This document shows positions 53,257 to 64,000 of a stretch of 64,000 nucleotides of DNA, one piece after another (the first letter of the stretch is position 1; each line of letters starts with the position of its first letter). The stretch spans positions 248,001 through 312,000 of the forward strand of contig NW_020845874.1 of the NCBI RefSeq assembly GCF_003704095.1, written 5' to 3'. The translations under genes and the position numbers were made by a program. Under the pieces are notes generated by a model, which was not told the origin of the DNA, ran no database searches, and was given only the letters and a program-made list of their open reading frames with translations. This DNA comes from Pocillopora damicornis. Taxonomy: Eukaryota.

Positions 53257-55210
53257 TTGTTACCGATACCTTGGTTATGAGTGTAATAGATCGGTAATTC
53301 AGCGCCGACAGGCAGTGAGAAGAAAACTGCAATAAAAATTAATATTCCATATTTACAACGCACACAAAAATGACAAAGGTTCAGTTTCATGTGCCAAGTT
53401 ATCAATAAAAATCATTACCTTGGCAAGACCACATGTATCTGCCACAGCTATTTACTTACTTCTTTGAATTAAATTTTTCTTTTTATTGAGCCTTCTTCCT
53501 ACAACCAAAAATAATATTTAAGTCGGAAGAAATAAAGAAGAAATAGTCACAGTTTTGTTCTTTTTTAGAGCGCTTGATTTTATACAAATGTAATCTTTTA
53601 GGAGAACAATGACGGATCTTCACTTTGTGAGACCAAAATAAAACTAATCACCCAGGCCAGTTAGAATAATAAATGGGTTATCTTCGTACATGTACCCATG
53701 CAAGAATGTTTACAATACGGATTCGCAGCTCACCATCTATAGAAACGACCACTGACTTCTGATTTAAGCAAGAAAATTTATTCAGACCGATTAAGAGCAA
53801 AAAGACTCCGACGAAAATTGGCACTCACTCAAACGACAATTTTAATCTATTATTGGGAATACGCGTTCTCATATCAACACTTTTCTTGTATTATTATCTT
53901 ACGGTTAGCTATTGAGGCATAAAAAGCATTTGTTTCATATTGACAAAGAAATCGCTATCAGTGTGTTTAACAATTCACCTTTGGCCATGCTAGTTCGTGC
54001 TGGAACATACACGTGTTTTACTACGTGAACTCTGGGAAACGGATGTGGAACTGTAAAAGACACAAATATGAACTGTTAAGTGAAATAACATTAAATTACG
54101 TCGAATCTTTCATCTCAAGATATGAAAGGGAACTTTTTATACCTCAATCCTTTCAATTCTGTTATAATACCTACAGAAGACAAAGAATCGAAAACAAAAA
54201 CCAAAGAAATCACAACGGCCAATCAAAAAAAATCTTAAAATTATAAAAGACCAATCAGATTAAAGAGCTTTCGACATGAAGCGCGAGAGAACGCTCCTTA
54301 ATAATCATAAAAGAAGCGTGAGGTTTCTGTACCAACCACGAGGCAAAGGAAAAAAAGCAAAGACGCAACATTTTTAAATTTCTTATTCTAAAAATTCAGA
54401 TCATAAAAGGATAAATTTGTAAGCTCACTTTCCCCTCGTTTCTTGTACGCTTGAACATCCGCTGGGGCAGGAGTGGGGACAACTGTAAAATGTACAATTC
54501 GGCATAAATTAGAAAATCGCTCTGACGAAGGGCTAACGCTCGAAACGTTAGCAAATACAGCTCTTTACATGCAGTAATGAAAAAATATTTCTTCGTAAAA
54601 CCGTTTTTTAGGAAAAGTTCCTAATTGCTTGCAAGGTGCTGTAATTACTTTAAGTATAATGAACAAAAAAAAAGAACTCAGCCCTCAATAAATTACTAAT
54701 TTGCATGGTGAAATGCTCATGATTTTTATGAAAATCTTTTCCCACCGCGCGTACTAATGCAGTTTTATAAAGCAATACTCTAATTTCTGGGGACAAAAAT
54801 TACAACAACAACAAAATTTTTGTCTGTATTTGTAAGCTTCGAGGAAATCCGTGTGCGAATCAATTGCAATCCTGCAGCTCGGAAAAAGCGCGCTTTTTGA
54901 AAGTTTTTAAACCCCACTAGTTCCCCCTTTTTCCCTAGTAACTACTTAACTCATTGGAAATAAATATTTGGCACTATGTTTTGAAAAAACTCACCAGATC
55001 TGTCCCTCCAATTTGGAGAGTCTTTCCAAGAGACCATTCCATGGGCACCCTTGACGAAAACTTGAACTTCAAATGAAATAACAAGAACTCCTAAATTTCA
55101 AGTCCAGTTTCAAATTAAACCAAGAAAATTTGCCTGTTGTAAGTACCTGCATAGCAAAATCCACAACTCCAAATCAAGAAGAAAGCTGCCAGGTTGGACA
55201 CTCTTTGCAT
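49706..55210 (-). CDS. Putative secreted Lys-rich micro-exon protein (~160 aa). Candidate exons 55210-55147, 55021-54995, 54482-54429, 52955-52920, 52372-52322, 51528-51463, 51309-51271, 51074-51042, 50183-50154, 50012-49989, 49758-49706
   Basis: Signal exon MQRVSNLAAFFLIWSCGFCYA with a phase-1 donor, then a chain of AG/GT-bounded, stop-free, symmetric phase-1 exons of 24-66 nt (e.g. VVPTPAPADVQAYKKRGE, DLETRTIARQSLLQNDD, DKNMKKSGLPK). Individual micro-exons are uncertain and an assembly gap lies inside the gene. Confidence 0.5.
53075..53252. repeat. (ACT)n/(ACC)n microsatellite, 83-N assembly gap (53138-53220), then (AAT)n
   Basis: Direct reading of the sequence. Confidence 0.95.
54517..54552 (+). 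ncRNA. Second minimal hammerhead-like Penelope motif (probably degenerate)
   Basis: GCU-CUGACGA-AGGGC-UAAC-GCUC-GAAAC-GUU-AGC. Same family as 13298-13333, but the triplet is GUU rather than GUC. Confidence 0.45.
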
Positions 55211-56878
55211 CTTGGGAAGAACAACGAAAACTGTCTCTAAATGAAGCAAAGTATTAACATTGAAATACAAACATTGGAAAAACCTAGAATGCTCACACAC
55301 ATGCGTACTAGTATAATAGTAATTCCCAAATGTTAACAAATGCAGCATCTAACTCAGTGAGAGTAGCACGTGCAAAAATTTAACCTGGAAACCTCAGTCA
55401 TACATTCAGTTGCACTGTCCACGCAGCTAAGAGAACTACGAGACAGCAGAAAAGCCGAGTCGGAAACAATAGCATATTCCGAGCAAAAAATTTCAATAAG
55501 GTAAGGTAAGTATTGTTTACTGAGGATTGCCACATATTACACACACCTTATGATTGCATTTGTTCATGCTAACAATAATATAGATTTATCCATTTTCTTG
55601 GCACAATAACACTAACAACATTTTTGAACTTGAAAAAGCAGGAACATTTTTGTCTAAAACACTTATAACTCTCACTCATAATTCTAACTGTGGAATTCTG
55701 ATGATGTCGATATTTCAGTGAGTCGTTCATTGTCGATAAGCGTGCTAAGAGTTACATCCCACGATACATTGATAAGTCATGCATGAAATATGTCTGCCGG
55801 TGTGGAAGAGACGAAAATGTCGCTTAAAATTGTTTATATTTAATTCGTCCTTGGGGCATTCTACCAAATGTAGTCTATTCTCTTGAAATATATCATTACT
55901 TTGTCACGATACGTCTATGAACGATTAAGAAACTATATCTCTAAACTTCTAAAATTTCCATGGTCATGAACAGGTTCTAGTATGTTAAAACAAACAAACG
56001 AGAACATCTACATAAAAAGTCTTTCCTAAGAACTACAGACAACAGACAAACCTTCCTTTGAGTGGTTCGCTATTTGAATTAAAACTTTGATGTAAGTACT
56101 TCGGCTAAACCATGTTCATTGTTCGGTCACTTCTGGCGATTCTTGAATTATCGGTGAGAACGATGCTACGAGTGGTGAACTGTGATGTCATTTCTACATC
56201 TCACCAATCCCACCTGTCTCTGGGGTCAGGTACTTTTGGTTTGAATTGTTCGGCGGTCAATGAAAGCACCTGAAGTGTAGGTTAGACTCAGTTGTTATGG
56301 CACCAAAAAAATAACAAAAAGGTTATCAAAAGTTAAAGCTTTATTTGCAAACTTAAGTTTTGATAGATTTAGTACATTCGATTAAAATAATTGAACATAG
56401 CTGACTTATAAACGCCTTTGCGCATTTAAAAATTACAACATTTTTTGATAAACGAACATTTTATTCAAATGATAGGTATAGCTGCGGGCTTCCTTTACAA
56501 AGATGTACTCATCTTTTCAGTTCTTCTTTATTTCCCTGTTAATTTAGTTGGAAAGTGCATAACATTTACGCTATGAAATAATCAATAGGAATTTATGCAT
56601 TATTACTAACTTTCATAATAATCCAATGCCTCACTGGATACTGTCTGCGTATGAGAACCAGTAGCACTATCTGAACTGGCTTTAGACACAAAAATTGCAA
56701 GCATCGTTGTACATGTTCCTTCTTTGGTATGGTTCAGAGTTGAACAATGTTAGAAGAGCTACAGCTTCCTACCATAAACAAAGATTTAGAAGCTAACCAA
56801 GTGAAATCTTACATGGAACCCCTTGCCTTTTAGTTTCTTTAAAGCAACATGCAACACCGTAGCTCTACTGAGCTGATG

Positions 56879-59800
56879 TCAAACATGGGCTAACAGGTCT
56901 TTATAAATGATCTCTGCCATTCGTTCATACCCAGCAGACTTCATATGCAATCCCACCTCCCACATTTGTTTTCGTTCCTCGCTACTTAACGAGTATCGTG
57001 GAAATTTATCCGCAAGATCACAAAGGATGGTAAATTCGTTGGATCTTGCGTAATATCTCAATTTTTCATTGATGTATCTCCTTTCCAAATGTGTGTGAAG
57101 GCAAGGTGGTCTCTTGGATTCCTCGCAGTCCATCTCAGGGATGGTGACCGCCACCGTTTTCGCGCCATAGCGATGAGATGTGATGTGAAGGTTTATGATG
57201 CGTTCTGCCGCTTTGTCCCAGGCTCTTCTGTTCCGATCGTGGCTGTTGTGAGCGATATCGTTTGTGCCAGCTAGTATTATGATCCAGGAATATTTGGATT
57301 TAGCTGTTAAGGAAAAAAAACCGTTGAAAATAATTGGATTAGAACGTACACCCTTTACTTTTAAAACAAGTAGGGTGAATTGAATGGTAGCTAAACAAGA
57401 ACAACCAATAAGGCCGCATTACAATACGGATGAAGGGGGTTAGGATGAAGGATGTTCATCGTATGAGGTAAAAAAGAACCTTCACTGCTGTTGTTGTTTC
57501 CAGAAGCGAAAAATTTCTCTCAGTGTAGACATCTTCCACGCAAGAATTGTCGTTTCGTCAGTTTGACCAGGATGTGACTGATATTAATAGTAGTTGTCAA
57601 AATATACGCCGTGCCATTCCACTCCCAGTAAAAATGATCTAGAATACCATGATAAGGTGTCCGCAGACCTCCATAAACGCATAACAAAACATTTATATTG
57701 GCTTAATAAAGCAGTCAAGTCAGTCCAAGTGACATGTACTTTGCGTATTATTATGGGTGTTAATATAATAAACGTTAACACAATGATGATCATTTTTTAA
57801 TAATTCTGTACCGCGTTTTAGATGATCTTGAAGCCTGGAAGACATTTCTGCCGCTTCAGTACCGTCTTTAGCTACTGTAGTCACAGTGTAACATCTGTGT
57901 TGGTCTTTGTTCAGCAGAAACTCCAGAGTGTTGCCGTACGGCGTGTGACTTAAATCATCAGCATGGAAACCGTTTGTCAGGCTGTCGCCAAACGCAAGAA
58001 TAGGCAATACCCGCACTCCTGTAATGAACATAGCTATGTTGACTCGAGTGAACTCCACCAGGAAAGTCTCCATTCCCCCCACCCTCTCCCCTAACTCTGA
58101 ATTGTTGTCTATCTTTTTGTAACATTATGCAACGTTAAACCTGAATCAATATTGTTCACAACGAAGTAAATTCTGATCGACCGAGGCCTAACCTTTACAT
58201 TAAAAAATGGTTTTTGATTGTGTCGTTAGAGCAAATCCTAGAAGCATCACAAACAGCCAATCATAACGAAGAATGATAAAAGAAGGATTCACCAAGAACC
58301 CAAGGGCAATAAATGTGACCTCGTCGCCAATTTCTTTGACACTTAATCTATTAGAATTTATCAGAATTATTGTTGTCACAGAAGGACAAAGAGCCGAAAC
58401 CCATGTTATTACCTTTCCTTATTTCGCATATGTAACCAGCCTTCGGCTCTCTGCACGAAACCATGTTGATGGAACCTTCAAATAGAGCCGCGCAATTTTT
58501 GTTCCCCAGCTCATCTTTTACGTCAACGTCACGTGTGTAGGGTACATCATCAATCCATGTCCAGATTCCTCCCTTCTTTCGCAGTCCTATGTAGAAATTT
58601 TTTGTGCGATGTTTCAACGACACAATTTTATTTTGTAAAAATTGTACTTCTCCGTCTGTTTTTGGCATCGCAAGAAGACCATTTTCTTTATTGCACTTTT
58701 GCGGAAACTCTTCCCATCTCCCATTTGATTTTGAGACAAACAAATAGCAGAATTCGTCGAATGCAAGCCATCCATGAGGACACCTCTCTCTGTAATCTGT
58801 GCAAAAAATTGGAAAAAGGTCAATTCCAATCATTTCATAACCAAAAGGAATAAACCGCTGTGATGGTAAACAGCGCTTAATCGATACTAACTGCAGAAAA
58901 ATTCTTAACTAACTCAAAAACACACACTCCGCTTTCCCGAGGGGCAATATATCTACTCATCTGACATCAGTCGTGACGCTGATTAATGTTGATATGTTAT
59001 ACGAATTAATACAAAAAAGGGAAAAAATCTTTTGATTACAATATGTAAATGTATGATTGCTGAGTTCCTTACTTCCTCTGATGTAACTGATTTTATTATT
59101 GGGAAAATCAAGTTCTACGAAATTTATATTGCGCTGCCCCTATGCGACAGCTCTCTATAAGAACACGTTTGTTTAAACAAAGGAGACCAAGTAAAACCTA
59201 ATTTGATATTATGTTACCAGTTTTTCCCATTTTTTCGCATTTCGTTATTGTTGCCTTGTCTTCAGCTCCAAAAATACCTAATCAAAAAAAAGCATGGTAA
59301 ATGGTTGATTAAGTTGTGAATGCAATAGTAATTTTAAAAATATGGTTATCTTCCCTGCACGTTTTAGCTCGACGAGATTACCTCTATGTTGCTTCGTCTT
59401 TGTCGATAGGAAAACTTTGGTTATCCTATGTGGATGAACTTGTTTCTGATGGTGTTCATGTGCTGACACAAAATGATCACCACTACCTGACTCTCCTCCG
59501 CTGCCATGAGCAGACGTGTCATGAGCCAGACCAAATTTTGGAAATGGAATTGTTGTCCTTCTGTTGGTAATCAAAGAGGTTGGTTTTGTAAAATGTCTCT
59601 TCTTTGTGGGTCTGAAATGTTGTAAAGGATTCACTTTTTTGTCTTCTATGCTCCCATTTCCTTTGGTTTCATTATACATGTCATCACTTTCTTCCTCAAT
59701 GTGAGATAAAGCTTTTTCTCTGTAAGGTTGAGGTAAGGCAGGAGACGTTGTGTTCTTTATCCTTATGTCAGTTTGGATGGCAAGTCCTAAAGCTGTCTTT

Positions 59801-61802
59801 ACCTTCTTATTTAGATCATCACTGTTCTCGCCTGAATAAGAATCGTCTCCTGAAGACAACGATGCAGTCTCAGTTGTTTCACTCTCTCCTTGAAACTTTC
59901 CCAGTATTTCCTCTTCTCTTAAAGGCACAGTTGCTCCATTCATCTTCCAGGGAGTCGTCGGTCGCACAATTGAACCTTTGTTTTGAAAAGGCTCATCTTG
60001 TGCTGAACCAGCTGTTATAAGATTGATCGCCATAGGATTTTCCATAAACGCACTTTGAAAATAGTATCTGTCATCTGGATTCCCTAATAAAAACAGGTCG
60101 CTGGAGCGATATCCCGCAGCGTTCTCCGTTTCTGTGTTGGATGCTCCTTCATCACTTTGCTCTTTCATTGTATAGGGGGTACTTTTTGCACGTTTTTTAG
60201 TGTTTTTTACTGTTTCAGACCTTTCGTCCCATAATTGACCATAAAGCTTTTGCTGGAAAGATTTCAAACCACTACTCCACGCTCTTGCCTTAACGTCCTT
60301 GGCATGATTACGTAGAGCCTCTAAATCATTCAAATCGTCAGATATTTCTCCCATTTGTGGTTTAATAAGCGAGTTCAAATATCTGAAGCGAGACGGCGTC
60401 ATGGACATCCAGCCCGGGTGTTCAGTGCTTTCTTGCCTAAGGGAATGATATCGAGAGCTTGCAGGTATTCTGCCAACGTTGTTCCTCTTAACAGCCTGAG
60501 ATTTCCTTGACTTCTCGAGTAGCGAAGCAATATTGACAATCGCGGAACCTTCCACTGAATTTACGGAGTTTATGTCAGCGTAAAATGGCACCTCTCTGAG
60601 GGCACTATCCATAAACTTGTTACTATGTGCAGTTAGTTCTGGGTCTTTTAATAATAAAGCTGACTGTTCATTATCGTCCTTTAAAGAGCTTTCCTTGGTA
60701 ACTTTTCTCTTCACTTTATCAGGATTGACATAATACTTATCCAGTATCTGAATCCGGGATCTAATCGTTCTTGTCTTTCCAGTTCTTCCCTTATCACCTC
60801 GCTTAGTCTGAAGTGTTACATGGCCACCAGTCAACCACTTATTCCGCGATTCCCTGTGCGGAAGGACCGCCGTTGATTCCTCGTGTGTTAAGTTGCCTTC
60901 ATGTTTTACCTCGGGCCAAACGTGGTGAAGATTAGTCTTGACAGGAAAAGTTTCCACGCCTAAATGGTGAAGAATCAAATCTTAGATTTGGAGATATATT
61001 CAGAAAAATATATTTTCAGGTACATAGGTAAGATTCCAGTGAAATGGCTAGATGAAAAGTAAGAAGAACGCAGAGGGTAGTATAGCTATGATATCAATTG
61101 GAATAATTTATATTTGAAAAAGCAAGTATCTTAAATGGCAGATCCTCTCTGCTACGCTGGTTACACGACATTTGAATTTATGTCTAGAGATATCAATCAA
61201 GCGCTTAGCTGTATCTTACACATCACAGTTACCAACTCGTGCGTATCAGCCATGACAAACGTCAGTGCTTCAATCGTTTTCTATCCATATGAAGCCTTAC
61301 TGAACCTGTTAATCTACCAGACTCTCGAGACAAGAAATGAAGCCAAACTAATGAAACAACCTTACCGACGCCTTAGGGTGATCATTTTCCAGTTATCGTT
61401 GCACTCGAGTTATTTGACTGAAATCCTGAAATAATGTTACATTTACTTTCCCTGTTACTGCAGTGTTTTTTCAAAGAACGAAAGTACGCGGTATGAAATG
61501 TCCAATTAAATTCGTGCGCCAAGATGTCTTAGATTTGATTCCGCTGACGTCTCTTGACATGAGAATGGTATAAGTTTAACTATCTTAGGAATAAGTCTTC
61601 CATGGCATTCGTAGTCTCATAGCCTGATCGTCTCCTGCTCAAAGTTAATACGATATGGTTGTGAACATACATGATGGCAGTTTTTAAATGCTGCGATATC
61701 TAAATTAAAACTGGCAAATCAAAACGTTTACCAACCTGTTAAAACACACAGGAAAAAACAAACCACTACAAATCCTCTTAGCAACCACACATCGTGAGCC
61801 AT
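56879..61802 (-). CDS. Secreted protein: long disordered region, C-type lectin-like domain, SGNH/GDSL hydrolase (~886 aa). Exons 61802-61736, 60959-59382, 58796-58413, 58018-57812, 57303-56879
   Basis: Signal peptide MAHDVWLLRGFVVVCFFLCVLTGVET, all introns phase 1. CTLD: CPHGW...CYLF...W...C...L...FYIGL...WTWID...CAAL...C....YIC. SGNH blocks: AFGDSLT, KDG, IILAGTND, VGLH...GYERMA. Confidence 0.85.
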
Positions 61803-62372
61803 GTTTCTAATACCAGTATTACCGATCTTACAACAAGTCAACGACTCCACAGTTGCAACGAATTACTGAAGCTGTGTTTCACAGCTTAATTATTCAGAAT
61901 GAAACAAATCCACACAGACATGTCTCACAAAAGCTCTTTTTTCTCGAGTTGGTTCCTTTAAAGTAACCACTCAAACACTTCAATTTTTGAGTCAGACCTC
62001 TTTAAGATTCTTAATTGGGTTGCTGGTACCACCTTGAGAGGAAGAACAGTCCAAAACATTCTTCATGTCTTACTAAAGGGATAAAATATTTTGTTTCTGC
62101 CTCTTCGCAATAGGAATATCCATGCAGGATGACGCCCTAGGTAAATATGTCAGAGGAAATTGTTATTTTTTTAAGAAAATTCAAACTACGTGGCCCTAAG
62201 AATGAAAAACCTGTTAATGATAGAAATCAACGGGTAACACATTCTTAAGTTGTCATACGCTTGATTGGGCGCATCGATGCGAAAAGACTCAAATTGTGAA
62301 GTTGATTTCACGGCTGACAAAGTTCCTAACGTCTGAGCGCAAAAGCCGAACTGGGTGTTTTCTTTCCATCTA

Positions 62373-62620
62373 GCGGGTCCCATATGTTTCGCGTACCAAC
62401 GCCGCGCAAAACTGTTGTAGCGGTAGCGTTTGAACGCGGGAATGGAAAGGATCACCAAGGATACGATGACATCTCGAGCCCCGCATATACAGACGTCGCC
62501 AGGACAGGGCAGAACCTTCATTCTTTAGAGGAGAGCAATATAACGTCACTTCAAGACTCCGCTGACAGCTCTGAAGTATTTAGTAGTAAGAAAAGCACAA
62601 GATGCACCTTAATTTGCTAA
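62373..62620 (+). other. Possible isolated exon or gene fragment (78-aa ORF after a pyrimidine-rich acceptor)
   Basis: TTTCTTTCCATCTAG| precedes a more GC-rich open frame (MFRVPTPRKTVVAVAFERGNGKDHQGYDDISSPAY...). No partner exons were identified. Confidence 0.25.
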
Positions 62621-64000
62621 CGTACCGTACTGAGAAACTGTTGACCATAGATAAAAAAAAGGGTGTGCCTTGGTTCTGAATCTGGTAAAAAAATAACATT
62701 ATGGTTACTGAAAAACATCTCATAGTGGTTTAAAAGTGCGACAAATTCGGCTGTAACCATATTAACCATAGAATGTATTGGAATCATGTTAGCCAAAAAA
62801 ATTGTTCGCAATGTTTTGAACAGCTTACACGGGTCCTGTTTGACAGAAACAAACTAAAAGTTTTCTTGAACGGCTTTGCTGCTTGTGATTGATAGATTGT
62901 ACTGAGTCGGTTATAGCTTCGATTAATGACCTAAACAAGCAAACGCGCGAACGAAAGTTTGTAATCTCTATAGAAGTGGAGAACGTTTAAGGAAGGATAT
63001 TCCTTCTGTTTTTAATACTGTTTCTGTTGAAAATCACTGAGTGCAGCTTCAAATTTAAACACGTGCTAACTCGAGACAGACCGAAAGAAAATGATTGGTA
63101 CATTATGTATTTATTAAATATACGTATCAAAATATTCCTTATTTACATTTTTCAATACCTAAGTTTCCCCAATTTTCCTTTCATTCACCCAACCCTTTTT
63201 AATTCTGGCGTTTTAGTCATAACCAACTTGAAGATTCATTCACAGTTTATACAGAACCAGTGAACGTTAGGCGATAGAAAGGTCTGAATTCATGTAGCCC
63301 TTAATTTGGTATAACTACACTACCAAGATGTTAGTTTTACGCTATTTTGTGATACCTGGCTTTTAATCCTAGGAGGAAAAACGGAAAACCACAAAAGATA
63401 TTTACAGTTCTCGCAAAATGTCAGGATCTATGTCAGTTAAAATCTAAATTGTCCACGCTAGAAAAAAATTTACTGCAATTTACAACCGCCCCTATTAGTG
63501 ATAATTTATAGCCTTTTTTCTCCTCCATTTCGGCATTAATATCAACACGGAAAGACCGAGCAAACTTTCATTCTTACCATAAATATTTAAGCGGTTTGCC
63601 CCTAAAAGATACCTTTGTTTAACTTTGAGAAGTCTCTGCAGAGGAGATTATTTTACATGGCTAATAAAACCTTCACATATAAATTTTTAAAGGTGTCACT
63701 AATGTTTCCATGGAAATAAGTACTCTTTCCACCAGACAGTACTGCTTAGTCACTGATTTACGTTGCCAGGCAAAGTTCGGGAGGTAAGCGCGTATTACCA
63801 AATCAGCAAAGAATTTATTCTATTTAGCTAGGAATCCGGCTTTCTTTTAATTTACACCTCTCTTTTTATCTGTGTGTTTTAGAGTCTTCTTATGGTTCTT
63901 TGACTTGTGTAAACTTCGCCTCCATCTTTTCACGTGTGGCTTCTTTCTCAATGCGTGTATAGTATGCTCTGCCTTGAGATACTTTAAAATTTCCCGCTGA

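Noticed and set aside
53046-53405. Poly-H/I/Y/V/W ORFs
   Set aside because: Translations of microsatellites across an N gap.

Overview
AT-rich, intron-containing animal genomic DNA. The repeat families and gene content suggest a cnidarian, probably a stony coral (inference). It is not prokaryotic, so most short ORFs in the track are spurious or are single exons. I assembled six multi-exon genes by hand from GT/AG sites and phase continuity. (1) and (2) are a tandem pair of ATF7IP/MCAF1/Windei-like genes on + with matching N-terminal exon structure. The downstream copy (25377-31913) has the diagnostic C-terminal FN3 domain. The upstream copy (5190-12540) keeps the NLS and coiled coil, shows no FN3, and has a decayed Kolobok-like transposon (THAP and KolX remnants) in an intron. 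(3) to (6) are a cluster of secreted-protein genes built from phase-1 exons: a Ser/Thr/Pro/Tyr-rich mucin-like protein (+), a 261-aa peptide precursor (-) not reported in its true frame by the ORF track, a Lys-rich micro-exon gene (-), and a C-type lectin plus SGNH-hydrolase fusion (-). The main find is the precursor. It encodes three near-identical ~41-aa peptides (core ARHRNVY[YF]DxVGGDPYG) between dibasic cleavage sites. The same module, on a 66-nt exon with the same intron position, ends the convergent mucin-like gene. I do not recognise this peptide family. All gene models come from sequence only and need RNA-seq confirmation.
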